Origin: Candidatus Kuenenia stuttgartensis
GTDB taxonomy: Bacteria; Planctomycetota; Brocadiia; Brocadiales; Brocadiaceae
Assembly (NCBI RefSeq): GCF_900232105.1
Contig: NZ_LT934425.1
Span: 2,910,001-2,942,000 of the forward strand
DNA: 32,000 bases
Reading direction: 5' to 3'
The position numbers and the translations under genes are program-made. The notes under the pieces were generated by a model. The model was not told the origin of the DNA. It did no database searches and saw only the letters and a list, made by a program, of their open reading frames with translations. Positions 20,733 through 29,301 of the stretch are shown here, piece by piece (position 1 is the first letter of the stretch; every line of letters starts with the position of its first letter).

Positions 20733-21665
20733 CTGGAAGAAAATACTATTATTCCTCACACTCCTGATTTTTTACGGAAACTCTTTGCCAGAAAAGGCAT
20801 CGTTCTCAATAAAAAGTACGGGCAGCACATTCTTATTGACCAGAATATACTATCTTACATTGCCAATAGTGCTTCTTTGCAAAAAGACGATGTGGTATTG
20901 GAAATTGGGACGGGAACAGGAAGTTTGACAAGGTATCTGGCGGAAAAGGCGTGTCATGTATTCACGGTGGAAATCGACAACAAACTCTTCGATTTATCCT
21001 CGGAGATTCTCAAATTTTACAAAAACATTACTATTATTAACGCCGACATATTACAATCCAAACACAAACTCAATGCGGAAATCGTTACGGTGATATCCGG
21101 CTGGCTTGCAACAAATAATCATACTGCCTTCAAAGTAGTTTCCAACCTTCCCTATAACATCAGCACCCCTGTTATTATTAATCTTTTGGAAAGTAATCTG
21201 CCAATCAGCCTTATGGTACTGATGTTACAAAAAGAAATTACCGAACGTTTGACAGCCGCTTCAGGCTCCAGGGAATATGGAATCCTCTCTGTTATTACGC
21301 AACTGTTTTCGGAAGTTGAACTCATGAAAACATTGCCGCCGGAAGTATTCTGGCCAAGGCCGGAAGTATCTTCCTCTATCGTAAAAATGTCTGTTCACCG
21401 GGCAAAATATGCAAACAAAATAACAGATTATCCATTTTTTATAAAAATCATTTATGCCATATTTACGTCAAGACGCAAAACACTGCTGAACAGTATTGAA
21501 AAATTGAAACTGCCAGGCGTTTCAAGAAGTGAATTGAAACTAATACTTGCTGCCATGCAGTTGAACGAAAACATTCGGGGAGAAATGTTAGATCCGGAAC
21601 AATTAATCCATTTAACAGAGTCTCTCTTTCTGGCAATATCCCGCGCTAATACACTTACCTTTTGA
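20733..21665 (+). CDS. rsmA: 16S rRNA (adenine(1518)-N(6)/adenine(1519)-N(6))-dimethyltransferase; probable N-terminal extension relative to the track ORF at 20877
   Basis: VLEIGTGTGSLT, NLPYNISTPV, FWPRPEVSSSIVKM. Upstream in the same frame: EENTIIPHTPDFLRKLFARKGIVLNKKYGQHILIDQNIL, the conserved RsmA N-terminus. The only start-like codon there is CTG at 20733. Confidence 0.88.
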   Translation: MEENTIIPHTPDFLRKLFARKGIVLNKKYGQHILIDQNILSYIANSASLQKDDVVLEIGTGTGSLTRYLAEKACHVFTVEIDNKLFDLSSEILKFYKNITIINADILQSKHKLNAEIVTVISGWLATNNHTAFKVVSNLPYNISTPVIINLLESNLPISLMVLMLQKEITERLTAASGSREYGILSVITQLFSEVELMKTLPPEVFWPRPEVSSSIVKMSVHRAKYANKITDYPFFIKIIYAIFTSRRKTLLNSIEKLKLPGVSRSELKLILAAMQLNENIRGEMLDPEQLIHLTESLFLAISRANTLTF

Positions 21666-21694
21666 AATGTGTCGCTAAAAACAAATATCTCGTA

Positions 21695-21733
21695 CGAAAA
21701 AAGGGACAGGTTTAAAACCTGTCCCTTTTTTCG
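21695..21733. terminator. Bidirectional terminator between convergent rsmA (+) and hsp20 (-)
   Basis: Perfect palindrome cgaaaaaagggacaggttt-a-aaacctgtcccttttttcg. Confidence 0.85.
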
Positions 21734-21849
21734 GCAAGTATACATCTTTAAGCAGTATTACAAATCCTTAACCCCAGTGCCTCTAAACCTTTTCTACACA
21801 TCAAGTGTGGAAAATTTGTTTTTGTGAGTTGTCAAATGCAAAATGTACT

Positions 21850-22296
21850 TTAACTGACTTTTACAGAGATCTGCTTCGGACGTACCTCTTCTTTTTTCGG
21901 AAGCGTAATTTCAAGAACGCCATTTTTGCACTCTGCGTTTACTTTATCCATGTCTACAGAAGCGGGAAGCTCTACGGAACGGGAGAATCTGCCATAGCTC
22001 CTTTCCATACGGTAATAGTTTTTCCCCTTTTCTTCCTTTTCTTCTTTTTTCTCTCCCTTTATGATTAAATTATTATCTTGTATTGAAATGTTAACCTCTT
22101 TTGGGTCAATACCGGGAATCTCCGCTTTTACGACAATGTTGTCATCCGTCTCTGAAAGGTCGATGCTAGGAGACCACGCTCCGGCTTCCTGGCCGAACCC
22201 TGAAAAGTCCCAACCCCTAAAGAACTGGTCAAACATGCGGTTTATCTCGTTCTGAAGAGATGATACATTCGTCCACTTCATTAAATCCTTAGCCAT
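21850..22296 (-). CDS. Small heat shock protein, Hsp20/alpha-crystallin family
   Basis: WSPSIDLSETDDNIVVKAEIPGIDPKEVNISIQDNNLIIKGEKK...RSYGRFSRSVELPASVD; terminal EEVRPKQISVKVS. Confidence 0.93.
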   Translation of the reverse strand: MAKDLMKWTNVSSLQNEINRMFDQFFRGWDFSGFGQEAGAWSPSIDLSETDDNIVVKAEIPGIDPKEVNISIQDNNLIIKGEKKEEKEEKGKNYYRMERSYGRFSRSVELPASVDMDKVNAECKNGVLEITLPKKEEVRPKQISVKVS

Positions 22297-22736
22297 AGAA
22301 TATCCCCTATAAAAAAAACCAATAAAGTAAAATTACTACTGGTACTTTGAGCAATATTCGTGCCTAATAGTATGGTTGGGAGAGCGGCAGATATAAGTCT
22401 TTTGAAAATCACGCATTGCGAATCAGGTTATACTTTAGCTGACCTAAATATATGCTGCCATATTGGCAGTAGATTTGATATCCTCACCTGTCCTGCGTAA
22501 AAGATTTCCTGTTACTTCATTATTTTATTCTTACGTCCTAGACAAAAATTGGCATGGCATTAACCATGACAAGGTTGTTCTTTCATCTGAAATAAAAATG
22601 GAGCTATAAATATTATAAGAGCTGTGGGTTTTTATTTTAAACAAAATTTGTAAGGACAGACGGTAAACATCCGCCCGATACTTCTTACTACTTACCTCGT
22701 ACAACGTGTATAACCAGTAGGTCTAACGCAACAAGG

Positions 22737-22856
22737 TTAGCCGTTCCTACGACAACCATAATGCGTATGGGCTGGTCCCAGTTTCTCCAAAAGTTCCTCA
22801 TCCGTATATGTCTCTATTTTTGGTGCTTCGTATTTTTGCAGTTTGTTTTCTACCAT
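22737..22856 (-). CDS. Small peptide ORF copy 1, putative RiPP-like precursor: MVENKLQKYEAPKIETYTDEELLEKLGPAHTHYGCRRNG
   Basis: 40-codon ORF with upstream SD-like AAAGAGGTG 4-5 nt before ATG; a second near-identical copy lies at 25046-25165. Confidence 0.6.
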   Translation of the reverse strand: MVENKLQKYEAPKIETYTDEELLEKLGPAHTHYGCRRNG

Positions 22857-23155
22857 TATACACCTCTTTCGGGGTTAAATTTTAAACACCTTATTCCCAT
22901 TTGATTAAACATGTGCCTTGCCACAAACAAGTACCCATGGGTGGGTTTGTTTTGCGGTTTTTTACCCACAGCTCTTTTTTAATTCACCGATAAAAAATTT
23001 ATGTTATGTCGTTTTTCTCCAACACTACATGCTCTTCTTTATGGCCGCACACTACAATTCTTATTGTCTACTATTTATTAAATTTGTCAATACCTGCAAA
23101 TGGGGGTATCCATTTGGATATCTGTTTTTCAAAGCGCTGTTTTGTTTTTACGTAA

Positions 23156-24480
23156 GGAGTTGTCAGATAATAACTTTTACAACTATGGCGCGGGATAACA
23201 AGGTGTGAATGACTCAATTTTTTGAAATTGTATAATTCCAATCTCAATGGAAATTATGCTTTCCAATATTAATCTTTTCCATTTCCTGATCGGAAACCTT
23301 TATCCCTGTTGGATATTTCCTTTTGTCAATTTTAACTACAACCTTCAATCCGGTTTTTGTTTTTGTTGCGCCAATTAAATTAACCATAACATCATGGCTG
23401 GTCAGCGGATGGCCTTTCCAATTCATGCTAATATGAGAAAAAAGTCTATGTTCAATTTTGTTCCATTTACTTGTTCCTTTAGGAAAATGGCATACTGTAA
23501 TTTCCATGCCTGATTTATTTGCAAATTCTTGTAGTTTGATTTTCCACAGGCGAACTCTATAGCCGTCACTGCCACCACTATCTGCACATATCAACAGCTT
23601 TTTTGCATCAGGATAAATCTTTCTTCCCATATAAGTCCACCACCTATGAATGCTTTGTACTGCAAAATCTGAGGTATCATGATCGCATCCGACATTGATC
23701 CAACCTAAATTTTTACCCTGATCATAGATGCCATAGGGGATGCCTATTTCTTTTCCTTTGGGATCAGGGAAATCTCGACCATTAACTTTTCGGGGAGAAC
23801 CTTTTTTCCGCCATTCCTGCCCTTTGTTTGCATAGTTTCCCAGCAATTCCTTCTTTTTAGTGGCAACAGAAATGACAGGAAAATTGTCTTTTAAAAACTT
23901 TTTTACTTGCATAGTGATATACTTGAATTGTGCATCACGATCAGGATGAGAATCTTCCAAAGATTTATCATTACCTTGAAGACTATACCCAAGTTGTTTA
24001 AGAATGACTCGAATTGTTTCGTAAGAAACTTCATATCCTTTTTTATAAAGCTCCTCGGATAAATGACGCGTACTTTTAGAGGTCCATTTCAGTGGAGACA
24101 TTGGGTCCCCTCGGGTAGAATCTTCAATTAACGACTCAATTGTTTTTAATAATTTTTTGTTTTGAGCATGTTTGGGTTTAGGGTCGCCACCAGAAACTCT
24201 CACACTCTCACTGGCATTATTCCCTCCACTCTCTAAATCAGATATCCCCTGATGGATAGTAGGCCTGGATACGCCTGCAAGTCTTGCGATTTTAGAAATT
24301 CCACCATAGCCAATAGATTTTGCTTCTGCCCCTAAAAAGATTCTCTTTTGTCTTTCATTTAAAAAGGGTAAAATATCATTGATTTTTTCTTTAAGTTTTT
24401 CGGTAGACATAAAAACTTTTTAGCCGATTCCAGAATATATTTCAATCCAAAGTTGTACATGTTATTATCTGACTGCCCCT
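23156..24480 (-). mobile_element. Complete ISAzo13-family-like insertion sequence, 1325 bp
   Basis: Ends GGAGTTGTCAGATAATAAC / GGGGCAGTCAGATAATAAC form imperfect terminal inverted repeats; flanking direct TAA. Removing it restores similarity to the uninterrupted copy (gtaagaccttaacctgg). Confidence 0.85.
23244..24410 (-). CDS. ISAzo13-family transposase
   Basis: 388 aa: LNERQKRIFLGAEAKSIGYGGISKIARLAGVSRPTI...RKKGSPRKVNGRDFPDPKGKEIGIPYGIYD...CADSGGSDGYRVRLWK...CHFPKGTSKWNKIEHRLFSHIS. Confidence 0.88.
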   Translation of the reverse strand: MSTEKLKEKINDILPFLNERQKRIFLGAEAKSIGYGGISKIARLAGVSRPTIHQGISDLESGGNNASESVRVSGGDPKPKHAQNKKLLKTIESLIEDSTRGDPMSPLKWTSKSTRHLSEELYKKGYEVSYETIRVILKQLGYSLQGNDKSLEDSHPDRDAQFKYITMQVKKFLKDNFPVISVATKKKELLGNYANKGQEWRKKGSPRKVNGRDFPDPKGKEIGIPYGIYDQGKNLGWINVGCDHDTSDFAVQSIHRWWTYMGRKIYPDAKKLLICADSGGSDGYRVRLWKIKLQEFANKSGMEITVCHFPKGTSKWNKIEHRLFSHISMNWKGHPLTSHDVMVNLIGATKTKTGLKVVVKIDKRKYPTGIKVSDQEMEKINIGKHNFH

Positions 24481-24546
24481 AAGACCTTAACCTGGAAATG
24501 CACCCTTTGTTATTCAATCGCAAATTGCGAGCCTCCAAAGTATGAT

Positions 24547-24887
24547 TCATAAATCTCGCAGGGACTCCACGGTGTTCATGCGTGATGCGCGAAATGCAGG
24601 CAGTATGCCCCCAAGAAATCCCATAAGGAGCGCAAATGCCATTGCCTTGAGAAAGATTCCATGACTAAGCCTGAAGCGGAAGGCGAGTTCTGAAAATGTC
24701 TGGGAATTGGTTGTCGATACACTGATAAATTGCAGCACGGAAGCAAAAGACAATCCGGTACATCCCCCTAAAAAACCAAGAATAAACGATTCCAAAAGAA
24801 ATGCCATAAGGATGTTTACCCTGCCAAAACCCAACGCACGCAATGTGCTAATTTCTGAAGTGCGGTTTGCGACTGCCGCGTACATGT
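24547..24887 (-). pseudogene. Truncated duplicate of the FtsX-like permease C-terminus
   Basis: 112 aa nearly identical to the C-terminal portion of the intact permease at 25528-26694. Confidence 0.85.
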
Positions 24888-25866
24888 TCTTTCATCTGAA
24901 ATAAAAATGGTGCTATAAATATTATAAGAGCTGTGGGTCTTTATTTTAAACAAAATTTGTAAGGACAGACGGTAAACATCCGCCCGATACTTCTTACTAC
25001 TTACCTCGTACAACGTGTATAACCAGTAGGTCTAACGCAACAAGGTTAGCCGTTCCTACGACAACCATAATGCGTATGGGCTGGTCCCAGTTTCTCCAAA
25101 AGTTCCTCATCCGTATATGTTTCTATTTTTGGTGCTTCGTATTTATGCAAATTGTTTTCTACCATTCTACACCTCCTTCGGGGTTAAATTTTAAACACCT
25201 TCTTCCCATTTGATTAAACATGTGCCTTGCCATAAACAAATACCCATGGGCGGGTTTGTTTTGCGGCTTTTGCCCACAGCTCTTTTTTAATTCACCGCTA
25301 AAAATTTATGCTATGTCGTTTTTCTCCAACACAACATGCTTTTCTTCAGGAGGGCACATTACGACATCTATTATTTACTATTTATTAAATTTGTCAATAC
25401 ACGCAAACGGGGGTATCCATTTGGAGATATGTTTTTCAAAGCGATGTTTTGTTTTTTTTGTAAGACCTAAACCTGGGAATATGCCATTTGTTATTCAATC
25501 ACAAATTGCGGGCTGTCAAAGTATGATTCATACCTCTCTCAGGGACTCCACTATGTTCATGCGTGATGCGCGAAATGCAGGCAGTATGCCGCCGAAAAAT
25601 CCCATAAGGAGCGCAAATGCCATTGCCTTGAGAATGATTCCCGGACTAAGCCTGAAGCGGAAGGCGAGTTCTGAAAATGTCTGAAAATTGGTTGTAGATA
25701 CACTGATAAACTGCAGCACGGAAGCAAAAAACAATCCGGTACATCCCCCTAAAAAACCAAGAATAATCGATTCCAACAGAAACGCCAGAAGGATATTCAC
25801 CCTGCTAAAACCAAGCGCACGCAATGTGCCTATTTCTGAAGTGCGGTTCGCTACTGCCGAGTACAT
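24885..25866. repeat. Copy 2 of the approximately 981-bp tandem duplication
   Basis: Matches 22576-24887 with the IS removed. The unit ends at tacat (25862-25866), the same sequence found at the 24881-24885 junction. Confidence 0.85.
25046..25165 (-). CDS. Small peptide ORF copy 2, putative RiPP-like precursor: MVENNLHKYEAPKIETYTDEELLEKLGPAHTHYGCRRNG
   Basis: SD AAGGAGGTG 4-5 nt before ATG. Differs from copy 1 at two residues (K5N, Q7H); identical from residue 8 to the end. Confidence 0.62.
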   Translation of the reverse strand: MVENNLHKYEAPKIETYTDEELLEKLGPAHTHYGCRRNG

Positions 25867-26694
25867 GGTAACCATTGCGCCAATTACCGCCCCGATTGAA
25901 AATATCGCGGTAAGTGAAATACCCAATATTCTTAAAAACTTTGCCATCATCTCGGACTGTTTTTTGTAATAATCTACTTCAATCATCGCATCAAAGGTCA
26001 ACCGCGGATCGTTTTCAATACGGCGTTGTAATTTCTGCAAGGAAGCATCGTCCTCCGCGCGAAAAATAAGGGATGAATATGCGTTTCTTCGAAAAGCCTG
26101 CATAAACTGATCGGCGTCTCCCCATATTTCAGAACTGAACCCGGTATCGCCCGCGTCAAAAATCCCCACAACCTTCCATGGCCTCATTGCAAAAAATATC
26201 GAATCGCCCAACCCTGCATTTTTAAACCGTTTTGCCACGCTATTCCCTGTCATTATTTCTGATGTTCCCATAAGAGGCAGCCTGCCCGCCGAAAGTTTTA
26301 CCTGAGGCCGCATATCAACGGAGGCATTGCCAATCCCACGGATAACAACATTTGCAGAACTGCTGCTTCCTTTTTTTTGAAGAGTAATTAAAACCACCAG
26401 TTCTTTTGCAAACATTCTGCGCCCGTTTTCATCCAATGCCACTTCCGGCTGCGTTTCAATAATAGACGCCTGATATCTTTCGATGATGCTTTGCACCTCT
26501 GTAGACGAGGACTTTCTAAGCACAACGATATTATTGTATGACCCTGTTTCGATAAGGGTTTTTTGCAGTCCTTCGGCGAGCATAATAATTGCGGCAAAGA
26601 CGAATACAACCAGCGCCATGCCTGATGCAGTTAGCGCGGTAGTCACCCGGCGGGTCAATAAATTCCGAAAACTATAAAAAAAAAGGAGTCTCAT
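25528..26694 (-). CDS. ABC transporter permease, FtsX/MacB-like
   Basis: 388 aa; N-terminal TM (FRNLLTRRVTTALTASGMALVVFVFAAIIML) and C-terminal FtsX domain (IGAVIGAMVTMYSAVANRTSEIGTLRALGFSR). Confidence 0.9.
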   Translation of the reverse strand: MRLLFFYSFRNLLTRRVTTALTASGMALVVFVFAAIIMLAEGLQKTLIETGSYNNIVVLRKSSSTEVQSIIERYQASIIETQPEVALDENGRRMFAKELVVLITLQKKGSSSSANVVIRGIGNASVDMRPQVKLSAGRLPLMGTSEIMTGNSVAKRFKNAGLGDSIFFAMRPWKVVGIFDAGDTGFSSEIWGDADQFMQAFRRNAYSSLIFRAEDDASLQKLQRRIENDPRLTFDAMIEVDYYKKQSEMMAKFLRILGISLTAIFSIGAVIGAMVTMYSAVANRTSEIGTLRALGFSRVNILLAFLLESIILGFLGGCTGLFFASVLQFISVSTTNFQTFSELAFRFRLSPGIILKAMAFALLMGFFGGILPAFRASRMNIVESLREV

Positions 26695-26695
26695 C

Positions 26696-27850
26696 TCACC
26701 CTATCTTTCTCAGCCCTTCGGATATTCGCACACTCATTGCCCTCCATGCAGGAAGTATGCCGGCAGATAGACCTACGATTATGATAACAACCGCATCCAT
26801 AAAAATAGTTTTTCCGGTGATATTAAATACCGGGAAATAAGTCCCTACGGCATTTGAAAATGCGATAGCCGCCGGATATGTTGCAGATATGCCCAGTATC
26901 CCTCCGATTAGCGTAATCATCATAGACTCTCCAATGATAAGCGCAGCAATATATCCGCCTGAAAAACCTATGGTTTTAAATATCGCATACTCCGCAGTGC
27001 GTTCACGTACAGACATTACCATCGTGTTTGCGACAACGATGAGAATAATCACAATAATCACAAACGAAACCAGTTGAACCGCTTTAAGGATGGCTTCGCT
27101 CATGGCAACAAATCCGAGTTGAAATGCCTTTTCAGTTTCGGTAAGCGTTTCCGCCAGTGAATTTTTAAACATAGCATCAATAGCCTCTGCAATGCCGGCA
27201 GCGTTTTCAGGTCTATCGATGCCAATAATATAAAATCCTACATTATCCGCTGAAAAGGGTCTCACCTTTTTCATTGTTTCATTAAAATAATCCCAATGGA
27301 AGAAGAACATGGTCTCGTCCACATTTTTATGTTTCCCTTCATAAACGGCGCTTAAGACAAATTCCCATTTCCCGGGGTAAATGGCACTGACCAATGTAAT
27401 ACTATCCCCAACTGCCCACCCAAATCTGTCGGCCAATTTCTTCCCAACAAGGCAGCCTTTTCTGTTTTTAAGAAACGATGTCGTTTCATTTTCAGGTATT
27501 TTGTATTCGGGATAGAGTTTAAGATATGAGGTGGGTTCCACGGCGAAGTTTGCGAAAAAGTCTTTTTCATCTTTATAATATCCGCCAAACCAATTGCCAT
27601 AGGAAACTATTTTGACGCCATCGGCAGAGCGGATTTTTTCGCGATAGGAAAGCGGTAGACGGAAAACAAGTGATATTGAATTCCTCGTGACCAGCCGGTT
27701 TGCAGATGAAGCTGCAACCCCGGCATACCATGCGTCAATTACAGTGTGAAGTAATCCATAGGCTAACACGGCGATTGCTATGCCCGCTATGGTTAAAACA
27801 CTGCGGAGTTTATGCCTGAAGGCGTTACGAATGAGAATCTTGATCATCAT
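26696..27850 (-). CDS. ABC transporter permease, FtsX/MacB-like
   Basis: 384 aa; RNAFRHKLRSVLTIAGIAIAV and ANTMVMSVRERTAEYAIFKTIGFSGGYI; overlaps the upstream ATPase ORF. Confidence 0.9.
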   Translation of the reverse strand: MMIKILIRNAFRHKLRSVLTIAGIAIAVLAYGLLHTVIDAWYAGVAASSANRLVTRNSISLVFRLPLSYREKIRSADGVKIVSYGNWFGGYYKDEKDFFANFAVEPTSYLKLYPEYKIPENETTSFLKNRKGCLVGKKLADRFGWAVGDSITLVSAIYPGKWEFVLSAVYEGKHKNVDETMFFFHWDYFNETMKKVRPFSADNVGFYIIGIDRPENAAGIAEAIDAMFKNSLAETLTETEKAFQLGFVAMSEAILKAVQLVSFVIIVIILIVVANTMVMSVRERTAEYAIFKTIGFSGGYIAALIIGESMMITLIGGILGISATYPAAIAFSNAVGTYFPVFNITGKTIFMDAVVIIIVGLSAGILPAWRAMSVRISEGLRKIG

Positions 27851-28511
27851 TGCTCAAAACTCCCTTGTCAAGATGCTTCATGCTATGCGCCCTGTTTCCC
27901 GCCCAGGGATCATGGGTTACCACGATAATGGTTTTCCCCATATCCTTGTTTAAACGATCCATAAGCTCAAGCACTATTTCCGCAGAAACCCTGTCCAGGT
28001 CTCCGGTCGGTTCATCGGCGACAAGTATCGCCGGGTCTGTTACTATTGCCCTCGCAATCGCAACCCTCTGTTGTTGTCCTCCGGATAGTTGGGAAGGATA
28101 ATGCCACAGCCGGTCTTCCATATTTACGGCTTTTAAAGCGGTATACACATGTTCTTTTCGTTCTCTGCCGGAAAGGCTGGTGAGGATAAGGGGCAATTCA
28201 ACATTTTCATATGCCGTAAGAACTGGAATGAGATTGTAAAACTGGAAGATAAACCCCACATTAGTAGCACGCCACCGCGCGAGTTCGGATTCTGATAATA
28301 TGGCGATATCTATGCCGTCCACTTCTATCGAACCGGCGTCTGCACGATCAAGTCCGGCAATAAGGTTCAGGAGCGTGCTTTTCCCCGAACCTGAAGGCCC
28401 CATAAGCGCTAAATATTCGCCTTGTCCGATATTCAGGGAAATGTCTTTTAATACACTTATTACCTCGTTTCCCCTCTTATAGGTTTTTGTCACATTTTGA
28501 ATAGATACCAT
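27825..28511 (-). CDS. ABC transporter ATP-binding protein (LolD/MacB-like)
   Basis: Walker A GPSGSGKST, signature LSGGQQQRVAIARAI, Walker B ILVADEPTGDLD. Confidence 0.94.
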   Translation of the reverse strand: MVSIQNVTKTYKRGNEVISVLKDISLNIGQGEYLALMGPSGSGKSTLLNLIAGLDRADAGSIEVDGIDIAILSESELARWRATNVGFIFQFYNLIPVLTAYENVELPLILTSLSGRERKEHVYTALKAVNMEDRLWHYPSQLSGGQQQRVAIARAIVTDPAILVADEPTGDLDRVSAEIVLELMDRLNKDMGKTIIVVTHDPWAGNRAHSMKHLDKGVLSNDDQDSHS

Positions 28512-28878
28512 CGAATCAAATAGTCAAACAAATAAGGTTTCAGAAAGATGTATAATGTAACTAAAAAAACGTAAACCCGAACCCTCACGAAGTTGTTCTT
28601 TTACTTACGAATTATTTCAATAACTTTACCGATAATCGCATTAATTTTTATTTTAGTAAGATTGCCAATGCGGTACAAGATAATATGACTATCTGCGGTA
28701 AATAACCGATTAGGTCTTATGTTACTTGGTTGTTTGAGGCTCCCTGTCTCGAAATCTCTATCATCAATGGAAATAGAATAATTGTCTTTTATGGTTTTGC
28801 TTGTTATCTGACAGAGAATTACATCATCTCCTTCTAAGGTTGCAATTACTAAAGCAGGCCGTCTTTGGGATTGTGATA

Positions 28879-29065
28879 TAGTCAAACAAATAAGGTTTTC
28901 GAAAAATTTACACCCCCCCGGCCCCTCTTTTTAGAGGGGAGATGAGAAGTCCCCTCTATCAAGAGGGGATTTAGGGGTGTGTTTGATAGTATGCTTAGTC
29001 AAATAAATCTATTTTTCAGAAAGCCATTTTATCGCCAAATTTCTAAAATCATATTTATTTGGCTA
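28879..29065. mobile_element. MITE-like element, 187 bp, flanked by TA
   Basis: Imperfect TIRs TAGTCAAACAAATAAGGTTTT / TAGCCAAATAAATATGATTTT; TA on both sides (28877-28878 and 29066-29067). Confidence 0.75.
28910..28981. repeat. REP-like composite palindrome inside the MITE-like element
   Basis: acacccccccggcccctctttttagaggggagatgagaagtcccctctatcaagaggggatttaggggtgtg: two hairpins, CCCCTCTTTTTAGAGGGG and CCCCTCTATCAAGAGGGG, within an outer inverted pair. Confidence 0.6.
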
Positions 29066-29106
29066 TAGATCGGAGAAGGGAAAAGGAACAACAACGACAT
29101 CACCTT

Positions 29107-29301
29107 TTACAAACTTTGCCATGCCTCGTCTTCCTCTGGTCTTAGCCAATCTTTTTTAAGAGAAGATTCACTCACAATAGTGATATCGAGCTTTTCCCTG
29201 AGTATCTTTGTCTTTAGAAAATGGACAAAATCTAATACCTCATCAAGAAAAGGTTCTGGAACTTGTTCAATTTCACGTATAAGTAATTCTTTTTTGCTCA
29301 T
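29107..29301 (-). CDS. Antitoxin-like small protein (DUF2281-type) paired with the disrupted toxin
   Basis: MSKKELLIREIEQVPEPFLDEVLDFVHFLKTK...LKKDWLRPEEDEAWQSL; its stop overlaps the toxin ATG by 16 nt. Confidence 0.75.
   Translation of the reverse strand: MSKKELLIREIEQVPEPFLDEVLDFVHFLKTKILREKLDITIVSESSLKKDWLRPEEDEAWQSL

Larger units (their letters stand above)
22576..24887. repeat. Copy 1 of an approximately 981-bp direct tandem duplication, interrupted by the IS at 23156-24480
   Basis: Begins tgttctttcatctgaaataaaaatgg as at 24885. Contains peptide ORF copy 1 and a truncated permease 3' end. 24887-22576+1 minus the IS and its TSD gives about 981-984 bp. Confidence 0.85.
28601..29122 (-). 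pseudogene. mazF-like: MazF/PemK-family toxin interrupted by a 187-bp MITE-like element
   Basis: 5' part MAKFVKGDVVVVPFPFSDL (from 29122); 3' part SQSQRRPALVIATLEGDDVILCQITSK...IGKVIEIIRK. Removing 28879-29065 plus one TA restores a 110-aa frame. Confidence 0.85.
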
